DNA of 64,000 nucleotides from an uncultured bacterium (GTDB taxonomy: Bacteria > Chloroflexota > Anaerolineae > B4-G1), in the NCBI GenBank assembly GCA_965612745.1, contig CBFDTD010000002.1, forward strand, positions 36 through 64,035, given 5' to 3'. The stretch's first letter is position 1. Each line of letters starts with the position of its first letter. Positions 20,037 to 29,440 of this stretch are shown piece by piece. The notes under the pieces were generated by a model. It saw only the letters and a list, made by a program, of their open reading frames with translations, searched no databases and was not told the origin of the DNA. The position numbers and the translations under genes are program-made.

Positions 20037-21365
20037 ATGTTTGAGAACCTGACCGACAAACTCCAGGCTGTCTTTCGGCGGTTGGGCAGGCGTGGTATCC
20101 TGCGCGAGGCCGACGTAGATCAGGTGCTGCGCGAGATTCGCCTGGCTTTGCTGGAAGCCGATGTACATTATAAAGTGGTCAAAGACTTCATCGGCCGCGT
20201 GCGCGAGCGGGCCATCGGCGCCGAGATCACCAAAAGTCTCAGCCCGGCCCAGATGGTGATCAAAATTGTCCACGAGGAACTGATTAAGACGCTGGGCGAA
20301 CCGGGGCGGTTGGAACTGAAAGGATCTGTGCCCTATGTCGTTATGCTGGTCGGCCTGCAGGGTTCGGGTAAGACGACGACGGTGGCGAAACTGGCCCGCT
20401 ATCTCAAACATAGCGGTCATCTGCCCCTGATGGTTGCCGGTGACACCTATCGCCCGGCCGCCATCAGGCAACTGGAGGTGTTGGGTCGCCAACTGGATCT
20501 GCCGGTTCATAGCGAAGGACAGCAGGTCCTGCCACCCAAAATCTGCGCTAACGGCGTCCGCGAAGCACGCCGGCGGGGCTACGATGTAGTCGTACTCGAC
20601 ACGGCCGGCCGCCTCCAGATTGACGATGAGATGATGGCCGAACTGGAGGCGGTCAAGCGGGCAACGAAGCCGGTCGAGACGCTCCTGGTGGCCGACGCGA
20701 TGACGGGGCAGGAGGCAGTGAACATCGCGGCCGGCTTCCACGAGCGCCTCGGGCTGACCGGGTTGATCCTGACCAAAGTGGATGGCGACGCTCGCGGGGG
20801 GGCGGCCATCAGCATGCGGGCCGTCACCGGTGTGCCGATCAAGTTTCTGGGCACCGGAGAGAAGACCGACGCGCTGGAGGTTTTCCATCCCGACCGCTTG
20901 GCCTCCCGTATCCTGGGGATGGGGGACGTGCTGACGCTCATCGAGCGGGCGGAGGCCGCCTTCGACGAGGAGCAGGCCGAGCGGTTGGAGCGCAAGTTAC
21001 TCGAGGCCAGTTTCGACCTGGAGGATTTCCTGGAGCAACTGCGGCAGGTCAGGAAGATGGGGCCGCTGAGCCAGATTCTCGACCTGGTGCCTGGGATGGG
21101 AAAGTTGGTTCGGGATGTCTCGCCTGAGATCACCGACCGGCAATTCAAGCACGTTGAGGCAATTATCCTCTCAATGACACCAGAGGAACGGCGCAATCCA
21201 CGCATCATCAACGGCAGCCGCAGGAAGCGCATCGCGCGGGGTAGCGGCACGACGGTGCAGGAGGTGAACGCGCTGCTCACGCAGTTCCGCCAGATGCAGC
21301 GGATGATGAAGCAACTGGGGAAGGGGAAGGGAGGCCTGCGGGGGCTGATGCGGATGTTTGGGTAG
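20037..21365 (+). CDS. ffh: signal recognition particle protein Ffh
   Basis: GTPase motifs GLQGSGKTT, DTAGR, TKVDG; C-terminal Met-rich M domain. Confidence 0.95.
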   Translation: MFENLTDKLQAVFRRLGRRGILREADVDQVLREIRLALLEADVHYKVVKDFIGRVRERAIGAEITKSLSPAQMVIKIVHEELIKTLGEPGRLELKGSVPYVVMLVGLQGSGKTTTVAKLARYLKHSGHLPLMVAGDTYRPAAIRQLEVLGRQLDLPVHSEGQQVLPPKICANGVREARRRGYDVVVLDTAGRLQIDDEMMAELEAVKRATKPVETLLVADAMTGQEAVNIAAGFHERLGLTGLILTKVDGDARGGAAISMRAVTGVPIKFLGTGEKTDALEVFHPDRLASRILGMGDVLTLIERAEAAFDEEQAERLERKLLEASFDLEDFLEQLRQVRKMGPLSQILDLVPGMGKLVRDVSPEITDRQFKHVEAIILSMTPEERRNPRIINGSRRKRIARGSGTTVQEVNALLTQFRQMQRMMKQLGKGKGGLRGLMRMFG

Positions 21366-21434
21366 GAGGCAAGAGGCAGGGAGCAGGAGACAAGGACGGA
21401 AGCGTACTTATTGAGCGGTGAAACGATACCGGTT

Positions 21435-21487
21435 CTACTGACTATCAATCTATCAACTACCAATTTACCAATCACCAATCTACCAAC
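21435..21487. repeat. tandem TACCAAT(Y) octamer-like repeat, about 6 units
   Basis: ctatcaatctatcaactaccaatttaccaatcaccaatctaccaac immediately upstream of the rpsP Shine-Dalgarno. Confidence 0.7.
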
Positions 21488-21501
21488 ACGACAGGAGGAC
21501 T

Positions 21502-21954
21502 ATGGTCAAGATCAGACTGCGCCGTGTAGGCAAGAAAAAGCAACCCAGTTACCGGGTGGTGGTGGCCGATGCGCGAGCCCCACGCGATGGGCGCTTCATC
21601 GAGGTCATCGGCTTTTACAACCCACGCACCGACCCGGAGACGGTGAGAATTAAAGAAGACCGGGCCTTGCACTGGCTGAGCGTTGGAGCGCAGCCCACCG
21701 AACCGGTGGCCCGGTTGCTGAAGAAACAGGGCACACTGGCCCGCTTCGAGCGGCTTAAGCAGGGCGAGCCTCTGGAGGCACTGTTGGCCGAGGCGGAGGA
21801 AGCGGCCCAGGCCGCGCCGGAGGTCAGTCCCAAAACCCGCCGAGAGTTGGCAATATCTGCGGCGGAGGAGCCTGCGGAAGAGCCGGCCGTCGAGCCCGAA
21901 ATGGAGCCTGTTGAAGTCGGAGAGGAGAGTGAGGAGGGAGAGACGGAAGAGTAG
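21502..21954 (+). CDS. rpsP: 30S ribosomal protein S16 with acidic C-terminal extension
   Basis: [34 protein letters not shown]... Confidence 0.95.
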   Translation: MVKIRLRRVGKKKQPSYRVVVADARAPRDGRFIEVIGFYNPRTDPETVRIKEDRALHWLSVGAQPTEPVARLLKKQGTLARFERLKQGEPLEALLAEAEEAAQAAPEVSPKTRRELAISAAEEPAEEPAVEPEMEPVEVGEESEEGETEE

Positions 21955-22049
21955 CCCGTGTCCCGTCGCAGTGGAACTTTGCTCCCCCACTGCGTCTCCA
22001 TACAGTCTATAGGATCTACATCCACTACTCCAGTGAGGGAGGAGCAACT

Positions 22050-22286
22050 ATGGCTTCGCTGAAGGAATTGGTCGAGTTCATCGCCAAGTCGTTGGTAGAT
22101 GATCCATCCCAGGTGTATGTCTCCGAGATCGAGGGGGAGACCTCGGTGATCCTGGAACTGCGGGTCGGCCCGGAGGACATGGGCCGTGTGATCGGCAGGG
22201 GTGGGCGCACCGCGAACGCTATGCGCACACTCGTCCGGGTGCTCGCCGCCAAACAAGGGAAGCGAGCCACCCTCGAAATCGTCTAA
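22050..22286 (+). CDS. KH-domain RNA-binding protein (UPF0109/YlqC-like)
   Basis: [19 protein letters not shown] motif; conserved position between rpsP and rimM. Confidence 0.85.
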   Translation: MASLKELVEFIAKSLVDDPSQVYVSEIEGETSVILELRVGPEDMGRVIGRGGRTANAMRTLVRVLAAKQGKRATLEIV

Positions 22287-22292
22287 GCGCCG

Positions 22293-22883
22293 ATGGGTGG
22301 TACCACACAATGTGATAGCGAGGGTGATGGGGGCTCAGGGGAAGTGCATACGCCTGAGCCCCGCTATTTGGCGGTCGGGCGGGTGCTGCGGCCGCACGGC
22401 GTGCGGGGTGAACTGCGCATTGAAGTTCTCACCGATCACCCCGAACGGCTGCAACAGCACGCCCATTTCTACCTCGCCTCCCCGAACTCCCCTGAAACGG
22501 TGCGGCGCTATCCGGTCGAGAAGTTGCGCCGATCCAGAAAAGTGCTGCTGCTCAAGTTGGGCGGCTGCGACGACCGGAACGCCGCCGAGGAACTGCGTGG
22601 TCAACTGGTGCAGATACTCTTTGAGGAGGCTGCACCACTTGAGGAAGGTGAGTACTATCACTTTCAACTCATTGGCGTGAAGGTGGAGACGGAAAGCGGC
22701 GAGGCGCTGGGCCGGATAGTCGAAGTGCTGGAGACCAAAGCCAACGACGTCTACGTCGTGCATGGGCCACGGGGCGAGGTGCTCCTGCCAGCGGTGGAAG
22801 ACGTGGTGCTTGAACTCGACCTGGAGTTGAAGCGGATGGTGGTGCGCTTGCTGCCGGGCATGTTGGGAGGAGACAACACATGA
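22293..22883 (+). CDS. rimM: 16S rRNA processing protein RimM (start uncertain, possibly GTG near 22341)
   Basis: LAVGRVLRPHGVRGELRIE... plus a PRC barrel C-terminus. Confidence 0.8.
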   Translation: MGGTTQCDSEGDGGSGEVHTPEPRYLAVGRVLRPHGVRGELRIEVLTDHPERLQQHAHFYLASPNSPETVRRYPVEKLRRSRKVLLLKLGGCDDRNAAEELRGQLVQILFEEAAPLEEGEYYHFQLIGVKVETESGEALGRIVEVLETKANDVYVVHGPRGEVLLPAVEDVVLELDLELKRMVVRLLPGMLGGDNT

Positions 22884-23989
22884 ACGACCTGCGCTATTGG
22901 GTTGGATTCAACGTCGTGCGTGGTATCGGCCCCACGCGGCTGCGGGCATTGCTCGATTACTTCGGGGACGCGGAACGGGCCTGGCATGCCCCGGCCGAGG
23001 CGCTGCGCCGCGCCGGACTGGACCGCCGCTCGCTGGAGAATCTGCTGGCGACCCGGGCCACGCTCGATCTGGATCGGGAGTTGGAGCGGATTGCGGCCGC
23101 TGGCGCACAGGTACTCACGTGGGAAAGCCCCGGCTATCCCTGCCTCCTCCGCGAAATCTCCAACCCCCCCCCGGTGCTCTACGTCAAGGGCACGCTGACG
23201 GAGGACGATGCCTGGGCAGTAGCGGTCGTCGGCACGCGGCGGGCCTCGGCTTACGGGCGGGAGGTGACCCGCCGCCTGACCATAGCACTGGCACGTAGCG
23301 GTATCACCATCGTCAGTGGGCTGGCGCGAGGAATTGATGCTGAGGCGCACCGGGCAGCGCTGAAGGCAGGGGGACGCACTATCGCTGTGCTAGGCTGCGG
23401 CATTGACCGGGTCTACCCTCCGGAGCACCGTGGGCTGGCCGAGGAGATCATCGCGCACGGGGCGCTGGTGAGCGACTATCCACTGGGGACGCCGCCGGAA
23501 GGGGTCAATTTCCCCCCACGCAACCGCATCATTAGCGGGTTGAGTTTGGGCGTGCTCATCACCGAGGCCGGGAAGGGAAGCGGAGCGCTCATCACCGCCG
23601 ACTACGCCGCCGAGCAAGGGCGGGATGTCTTCGCCGTGCCGGGTTCTATCCTGATGCGCGGTAGCGCCGGTACCAATGCGCTCATCCAGGAGGGAGCCAA
23701 GTTAGTGCTCGGCCCGGAAGACATCCTGGAGGAACTGAATCTGACGATGGTGGCCGAGCAGATGGAGGCACGTCAGGTGCTCCCGGCCGACGAAACCGAA
23801 GCGGCGCTGTTGACCTACCTCTCAACCGAGCCAACCCACGTGGACGAACTTCGGCAGCAGGTGGGGTTACCCATTGCGCAGGTGACCAGCACGCTGGCGC
23901 TGATGGAGTTGAAGGGGATGGTGCGCCAGGTGGGGGGGATGAAGTACGTCGTGGCTCGCGAGCCGGGCGTGGAGTACGTGGTGGATTAG
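22880..23989 (+). CDS. dprA: DNA processing protein DprA/Smf
   Basis: Rossmann-like core (VVGTRRASAYG, GLARGIDAEAH, GCGIDRVYP) and C-terminal winged helix. Confidence 0.9.
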   Translation: MNDLRYWVGFNVVRGIGPTRLRALLDYFGDAERAWHAPAEALRRAGLDRRSLENLLATRATLDLDRELERIAAAGAQVLTWESPGYPCLLREISNPPPVLYVKGTLTEDDAWAVAVVGTRRASAYGREVTRRLTIALARSGITIVSGLARGIDAEAHRAALKAGGRTIAVLGCGIDRVYPPEHRGLAEEIIAHGALVSDYPLGTPPEGVNFPPRNRIISGLSLGVLITEAGKGSGALITADYAAEQGRDVFAVPGSILMRGSAGTNALIQEGAKLVLGPEDILEELNLTMVAEQMEARQVLPADETEAALLTYLSTEPTHVDELRQQVGLPIAQVTSTLALMELKGMVRQVGGMKYVVAREPGVEYVVD

Positions 23990-23992
23990 AAG

Positions 23993-24100
23993 TTGGTAGG
24001 TTGGTAAATTGGTAGATTGGTAGATTGGTAGATTGGTAAATTGGTAGATTGGTAGAGCGATGGTTGGGACCAACGTACCAGTTTACCAGTTTACCAATTA
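23993..24100. repeat. TTGGTA(R)A octamer array (about 8 units), central palindrome GGTTGGGACCAAC, then 3 inverted TACCA(R)TT units; long imperfect hairpin
   Basis: read directly from the sequence immediately after the dprA stop. Confidence 0.75.
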
Positions 24101-24121
24101 CCCATATAGCGGAGGGCAGAA

Positions 24122-25192
24122 TTGTACTACGCATTGATTATGGCCGGAGGGGTTGGGACACGCTTGTGGCCCCTCAGCCGCCGCCATCGCCCCAAGCAGT
24201 CGCTCAGGCTGGTCGGGGAGCGCACGATGTTCGAGCACGCGGTGGATCGGCTCGCGCCCCTGTTCCAGCCGGAGCAGATTTTCGTCGTCACCGGCGCTGA
24301 GCACGTGGAGGCACTGGCAGCGCAAGCGCCCGATTTGCCGCCGGAGAACTTCATTATCGAGCCGGAGGGCCGTGGCACTGCGCCTTGTATCGGGCTGGGG
24401 ACGATTCACCTGCGTCGGCAGGACCCCGAGGCGATTATGGCCGTGCTCACCGCCGATCACTTCATCGCCGACACAGCGCGCTTCCGCCGGGTGCTGGTTG
24501 CAGCGGCCCAAGTCGCTGAAGAGGGCCACCTGGTCACGCTGGGGATTGCGCCTTCGTCCCCCTCAACCGGTTTCGGCTACATCAAGCAGGGAGAGAGCCT
24601 GGGCACGGTGGAGGGCTTTCCGGTCTTCCGCGCCGAGCGGTTCACCGAGAAACCGAGCCCGGAGACGGCGCTTCACATGGTCGAGAGCGGGGAATACTCG
24701 TGGAACAGCGGCATGTTCATCTGGCGCGTGGACCGCATCCTGGAGGAGTTCCAGCGCCAGATGCCGGAATTCTACGTGCAACTGGCGGAGATAGAGGCCA
24801 CGCTGGGCACATCCGGCTACGAGGCGACACTGAACCGCGTCTGGCCGCAGGTGACCAAGCAGACAATTGACTACGGGGTGATGGAGGGGGCCGAGGACGT
24901 GACGGTCATCCCGGTGGACATCGGCTGGTCAGATGTGGGCAGTTGGACCAGTCTTTCGGAGTTGCTGCCGGCCGACGAGGAAGCAAACGTCGTCGTCGGC
25001 CCGCACGTGGGGATTGATACGCACGAGACGTTGGTCTTCGGCAGAAAGCGGCTCATCGCCACCATCGGGCTGGAAGGGCTGGTAATCGTGGACACGGAGG
25101 ACGCGCTGTTGGTCTGTCCCAGGGAGCGTGAACAGGAGGTGCGGGAGATCGTTCGGCAACTGGAGGAGAGCGGACGCAGCAAATGGCTTTGA
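24122..25192 (+). CDS. mannose-1-phosphate guanylyltransferase-like nucleotidyltransferase
   Basis: ALIMAGGVGTRLWPLS N-terminus; start TTG at 24122 or ATG at 24139. Confidence 0.8.
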   Translation: MYYALIMAGGVGTRLWPLSRRHRPKQSLRLVGERTMFEHAVDRLAPLFQPEQIFVVTGAEHVEALAAQAPDLPPENFIIEPEGRGTAPCIGLGTIHLRRQDPEAIMAVLTADHFIADTARFRRVLVAAAQVAEEGHLVTLGIAPSSPSTGFGYIKQGESLGTVEGFPVFRAERFTEKPSPETALHMVESGEYSWNSGMFIWRVDRILEEFQRQMPEFYVQLAEIEATLGTSGYEATLNRVWPQVTKQTIDYGVMEGAEDVTVIPVDIGWSDVGSWTSLSELLPADEEANVVVGPHVGIDTHETLVFGRKRLIATIGLEGLVIVDTEDALLVCPREREQEVREIVRQLEESGRSKWL

Positions 25193-25677
25193 GCCCGGCC
25201 GACTTCGACCCCCAGGTGGTGGCCGAATACGACGTCACTGCAGAGACTCTCGACCGGGTGGTGCGCTACTTGCGGCTGCTACAAGGCCCCGACGCCCCGG
25301 CGCTGGCCGACATCGCCATCGGCGGCTACTACGGCACGGCGGCGCTCTTGCACGAGGTGATCGAATTGAACATCCTGCTGAAACGGGAGCCGGGGCTGTT
25401 GGAGATGGACGAGGAGAGTGCATTGAACTTTTGGCACGCTAACACAGATGCGCACATCACGGCGCTGGTAGCGGAGTACACCTATCTGCAGCGCCGAATC
25501 CGGCAGGTGTTAGGCGAGAAGGTGAGCGTTGGCGCTTTACTGTGGGTCAACGCTGACGAGCACGACTTCGCCATGCTGGCCACGTCAGATTGGCCGGGGC
25601 CTTTGCGTATACCTGATGCGGCGGAGGTTGACCGAGCGCGACGTTTGCTCGGGTGTTTAAAGGAGAGAACTCTATGA
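25183..25677 (+). CDS. hypothetical protein A (164 aa) of a duplicated two-gene module
   Basis: ORF with good GC3; ATGA overlap with gene B. Confidence 0.7.
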   Translation: MALSPADFDPQVVAEYDVTAETLDRVVRYLRLLQGPDAPALADIAIGGYYGTAALLHEVIELNILLKREPGLLEMDEESALNFWHANTDAHITALVAEYTYLQRRIRQVLGEKVSVGALLWVNADEHDFAMLATSDWPGPLRIPDAAEVDRARRLLGCLKERTL

Positions 25678-26096
25678 GAGTTAAATACAGATTGGTAGAG
25701 AAATGGCTGGCCGACACAGGTGTCTGGTTTCCCTGGGGGATGTTCTACGAGAACTGCAGCGGGATGTTTCCAGAGCGTACACTGTTGACCCGAGCGATCC
25801 CTGACGATGACCGCCGAAAGGCACGTTACTTTGGACAGCGGATCGAACGATTTCGCCCCACTGTGGAAGAGGCGGAGATCGTATTAGGCGAGTACGCGGA
25901 CCGCTATCGCGTCCTGCCCGAGGTCCGCACCGTCGAGGGTGAGAACTACCGCGAGATACGCGACCGGCTGTGGGAGGTGATCTTCGAGGAGATGGACAAG
26001 CGGCGGGCGGAACGCCGGGTCGAGTACGCCGTGCCGGAGCCGACCTACGTACCGTTGCGGGAAAAGTCCGAGGGAGCGGTTGAGACGGAGTCATAA
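25674..26096 (+). CDS. hypothetical protein B (about 140 aa) of the duplicated module
   Basis: start MRVKYRLVEKW coupled to the A stop codon. Confidence 0.7.
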   Translation: MRVKYRLVEKWLADTGVWFPWGMFYENCSGMFPERTLLTRAIPDDDRRKARYFGQRIERFRPTVEEAEIVLGEYADRYRVLPEVRTVEGENYREIRDRLWEVIFEEMDKRRAERRVEYAVPEPTYVPLREKSEGAVETES

Positions 26097-26098
26097 GA

Positions 26099-26596
26099 GT
26101 GAGGCAACTTGCGCCGGCCGACTTCGACCCCCGGGTGGTGGCCGAATACGGCATCACCGCAGAGACTCTCGACCGGGTGGTGCGCTACCTGCGGCTGCTG
26201 CAAGGCCCCGACGCCCCGGCGCTGGCCGACATCGCCATCGGCGGCTACTACGGCACGGCGGCGCTCCTGCACGAGGTGGTCGAACTGGACATCCTACTGG
26301 AACGGGAGCCGGGGCTGTTGAATTTGAAGTGCAGGCAGATGCGGGCTCTCTGGGAGCGCAACAAAGACGCCCACGTGGCGGCTCTGGTGGCCGAGTACAC
26401 TTATCTCCAGCGTAGAATCAGGGAAGTGCTTGGCGAAGAGGTGGAGATCGGTGCTCTGCTATGGGCCAATACTACCAAGCGCGACTTTGACCTGCTTGCC
26501 GAATCGGATTGGTCAGGCCGCCTGTACGTCCCCGATGCAGCAGCGGTTGATCGAGCGAGGCGACTACTGGCCCGCCTGAAGGAGGTGGGACTGTGA
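26099..26596 (+). CDS. hypothetical protein A' (paralog of 25183-25677)
   Basis: the first ~75 aa are nearly identical to A; the remainder is about 60-65% identical. Confidence 0.7.
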   Translation: MRQLAPADFDPRVVAEYGITAETLDRVVRYLRLLQGPDAPALADIAIGGYYGTAALLHEVVELDILLEREPGLLNLKCRQMRALWERNKDAHVAALVAEYTYLQRRIREVLGEEVEIGALLWANTTKRDFDLLAESDWSGRLYVPDAAAVDRARRLLARLKEVGL

Positions 26597-27012
26597 TTGT
26601 GAGATACAGAGTGGTCGAGGATTGGCTGGACGATGAAGGTGTCTGGTTCCCCTGGGGCGTGTTTTATGAGAATCGCGGCAGCGACCTCGCGGAGTATACC
26701 CTCCTGATACGCGCTATCCCGGATGATGACCGGCGGAAGGGGCGCTACTTCGACCGGCGTATCCGAGAGTTACGTCCCAGCATCGAGGAGGCTGAAGTCG
26801 TGTTAGGCGAGTACGCGGACCGCTATCGCGTCCTGCCCGAGGTCCGCACCGTCGAGGGTGAGAACTACCGCGAGATACGCGACCGGCTGTGGGAGGTGAT
26901 CTTCGAGGAGATGGACAAGCGGCGGGCGGAACGCCGGGTCGAGTACGCCGTGCCGGAGCCGACCTACGTACCGCTGCGTGAAGGAGCAGAGGAGCCGGAG
27001 GAGGAAGACTGA
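26593..27012 (+). CDS. hypothetical protein B' (paralog of 25674-26096)
   Basis: the C-terminal ~70 aa are encoded by DNA 100% identical to B over about 170 bp; the N-terminus is about 55% identical. Confidence 0.7.
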   Translation: MIVRYRVVEDWLDDEGVWFPWGVFYENRGSDLAEYTLLIRAIPDDDRRKGRYFDRRIRELRPSIEEAEVVLGEYADRYRVLPEVRTVEGENYREIRDRLWEVIFEEMDKRRAERRVEYAVPEPTYVPLREGAEEPEEED

Positions 27013-27019
27013 GATCAGC

Positions 27020-29440
27020 ATGGAAGCCTACTGTGTAAAGTGCAAAACCAAACGTGAGATGCAGGATCCCAGGCCGGTGTTCACCAGCAAGGGAATGCCG
27101 GCCACACAGGGGTTTTGCCCGGTGTGTGGCACGAAGATGTTCAAGATGGGTCGTACCTCAGCCCACGAGGGACTCGACCCGGAAGGGAACACCGTCGTGT
27201 CCAAAGCCAAAGCCGAACTGGCGAAGAAGCCCAAGATGGTGATCGTCGAGTCGCCGGCCAAAGCGCGCACGGTGGGGAGGTTCCTGGGCAGGGACTACAT
27301 TGTCCGCGCTTCAGTAGGGCACGTGCGCGACCTGCCCTCCAATCGGATGGGAGTGGACATTGACGACGATTTCCGGCCTCACTATGTCATCCCTGCCAAG
27401 CGCAAGGACGTGGTGAGGGAACTGCGGGCGGAGGTCAAGAACTCGTCCGAGATTTATCTGGCGACCGATCCGGACCGGGAGGGGGAGGCTATCTCCTGGC
27501 ATCTGACTCAGGCGCTCAAATCGGCCATCGGGCGGCGGCCCGTGCACCGCGTCGAGTTCCACGAGATCACGCGCGACGCCATCGAGCACGCCTTCGCCCA
27601 CCCACGCAAGATTGATATGCGGCGGGTGGAGGCGCAGCAGGCGCGGCGCATCCTCGACCGCCTCGTCGGCTACACGCTCAGCCCACTGCTGCGCGACAAA
27701 CTTGGGCGGCGCGGGCTCTCGGCGGGGCGCGTGCAGTCGGTGGCCGTGCGGCTGGTCGTCGAGCGGGAGCGGGAGATCGAAGCCTTCGTGCCCGTCGAGT
27801 ACTGGTCCATAGAAGCGGAGTTGGCCAAACAGGAAGAGGCAAAGCGCAGTTTCATCGCCCGACTGCATCGCATTCGTGGGGAGGAGGTGGAACTCCACAG
27901 CGAGGCCGAGACGCAGGCGGTCGTGGCCGAACTGGAGAAGGCCATCTACGCTGTGACGAAGGTGAAGGAGGGGCAGCGGCGGCGCAGACCCGCGCCTCCC
28001 TTCATCACCAGCACGATGCAGCAGGAGGCCTCGCGGCGGCTGGGGTTCACGGCCCGGCGCACGATGCGCTTCGCCCAGCAACTGTACGAGGGGGTGGACC
28101 TGGGTGACGGCCCGGTCGGTCTGATCACCTATATGCGCACCGACAGCACCAACGTGGCGGAGCAGGCGCAGGCGGAGGCGAGGGAGTACATCGTCCAGCA
28201 ATACGGCGAGAAGTTCGTACCGCCCAAGCCGCCGCGCTACAAGACACGGGCCAAGGGGGCCCAGGAGGCCCACGAGGCCATCCGCCCCACCAGCGTATTT
28301 CGCACTCCCAAGTCGCTTAAGCCGTACCTGGATCGGAACCAGTACCGGCTGTACGAACTGATCTGGCGGCGCTTCGTCGCCAGCCAAATGGCGCCGGCGG
28401 TGTACGACACTATCGCTGTGGAGATCCTGGCCGGCCCCCCCGAGGGAGAGAAGCCCTACCTCTTTCGCGCCAGCGGATCCAGCCTGCGCTTCAAGGGCTT
28501 TCTGGCCGTGTACAGGGAGGCGAAGGACGAAGACGAAAGGGGAAAGGACGCCAAGGAGGAGGAGCGTAAGCGGGAGGAGATCCCGCCGCTCACGGTGGAC
28601 GAGGTGCTCGACCTGGTGCGGCTGCTACCGGAGCAGCACTTCACCCAGCCACCCCCGCGCTACAGCGAGGCCACTCTGGTGCGGGCGCTGGAGGAGTACG
28701 GCATCGGCCGGCCCAGCACCTACGCCCCGATCATGTCCACCATCCAGCAGCGGGGGTACGTCGAGCGGCGCGACGGGCGGCTGCATCCCACCGAACTGGG
28801 GATCATCGTCAACGACTTGCTGGTTGGGCACTTCCCAGATTACATTGACGTCGGCTTCACAGCCCAGATGGAGGAGGATCTGGACCTAATCGCCAGCGGT
28901 AAGCGAGAGTGGGTGCCGGTACTGCGCGATTTCTATGAGCCATTCTCTGCCGCGCTGTCCCAAGCCCGAGAGAAAATGCCCACCGTCCAGATGGGCAACG
29001 AGCCGACGGGTGAACTGTGCCCGCAGTGTGGGCACCCGCTGATTTACAAGTATGGGCGCTTCGGCAAGTTCATCGGCTGCAGCAACTTCCCCGCGTGCCG
29101 TTTCCGCAAGCCGATCCTGGTCAAGACCGGCGCCAAGTGCCCGGAGTGCGGGGGCGACCTGGTGGAGAAACGGACGCGGCGCGGGCGCACCTTCTACGGT
29201 TGTGCCAACTACAGGGCCGACGACCCTGACTCGTGCAGGTTTGCTGTGTGGAAGCGTCCCCTGCCGCAGCCGTGCCCGGAATGTGGCGGGTTGCTCACCG
29301 AGGCGCGCAAAGGCTGGGCCAAGTGCATCGCCTGTGAGGAGGAGTTCGAGATCGAGAGCCTGCCTCGGACACAGGCCGAGCCACACGGGGCTGAAGGCGC
29401 CACACTGGGAGAGCAAAGCCCCTCTGGGACCGAATCTTAG
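27020..29440 (+). CDS. topA: DNA topoisomerase I with N-terminal C4 zinc ribbon and C-terminal Zn ribbons
   Basis: Toprim (KMVIVESPAKARTV), catalytic region; N-terminal CVKCKTK...CPVCGTK; C-terminal CPQCGH...CPECGG...CPECGG; start at the ATG (MEAYCVKC) rather than the GTG at 26978. Confidence 0.9.
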   Translation: MEAYCVKCKTKREMQDPRPVFTSKGMPATQGFCPVCGTKMFKMGRTSAHEGLDPEGNTVVSKAKAELAKKPKMVIVESPAKARTVGRFLGRDYIVRASVGHVRDLPSNRMGVDIDDDFRPHYVIPAKRKDVVRELRAEVKNSSEIYLATDPDREGEAISWHLTQALKSAIGRRPVHRVEFHEITRDAIEHAFAHPRKIDMRRVEAQQARRILDRLVGYTLSPLLRDKLGRRGLSAGRVQSVAVRLVVEREREIEAFVPVEYWSIEAELAKQEEAKRSFIARLHRIRGEEVELHSEAETQAVVAELEKAIYAVTKVKEGQRRRRPAPPFITSTMQQEASRRLGFTARRTMRFAQQLYEGVDLGDGPVGLITYMRTDSTNVAEQAQAEAREYIVQQYGEKFVPPKPPRYKTRAKGAQEAHEAIRPTSVFRTPKSLKPYLDRNQYRLYELIWRRFVASQMAPAVYDTIAVEILAGPPEGEKPYLFRASGSSLRFKGFLAVYREAKDEDERGKDAKEEERKREEIPPLTVDEVLDLVRLLPEQHFTQPPPRYSEATLVRALEEYGIGRPSTYAPIMSTIQQRGYVERRDGRLHPTELGIIVNDLLVGHFPDYIDVGFTAQMEEDLDLIASGKREWVPVLRDFYEPFSAALSQAREKMPTVQMGNEPTGELCPQCGHPLIYKYGRFGKFIGCSNFPACRFRKPILVKTGAKCPECGGDLVEKRTRRGRTFYGCANYRADDPDSCRFAVWKRPLPQPCPECGGLLTEARKGWAKCIACEEEFEIESLPRTQAEPHGAEGATLGEQSPSGTES

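Noticed and set aside
21411-21653. Plus-strand ORF spanning the TACCAAT repeat and the rpsP start
   Set aside because: It is out of frame with rpsP and translates the short tandem repeat. The rpsP Shine-Dalgarno and ATG at 21502 are clear.
26978-27019. GTG at 26978 as the topA start
   Set aside because: It lies inside the B' coding sequence. The ATG at 27020 begins the zinc-ribbon sequence, although its ribosome-binding site is distant, so this start is itself only moderately certain.
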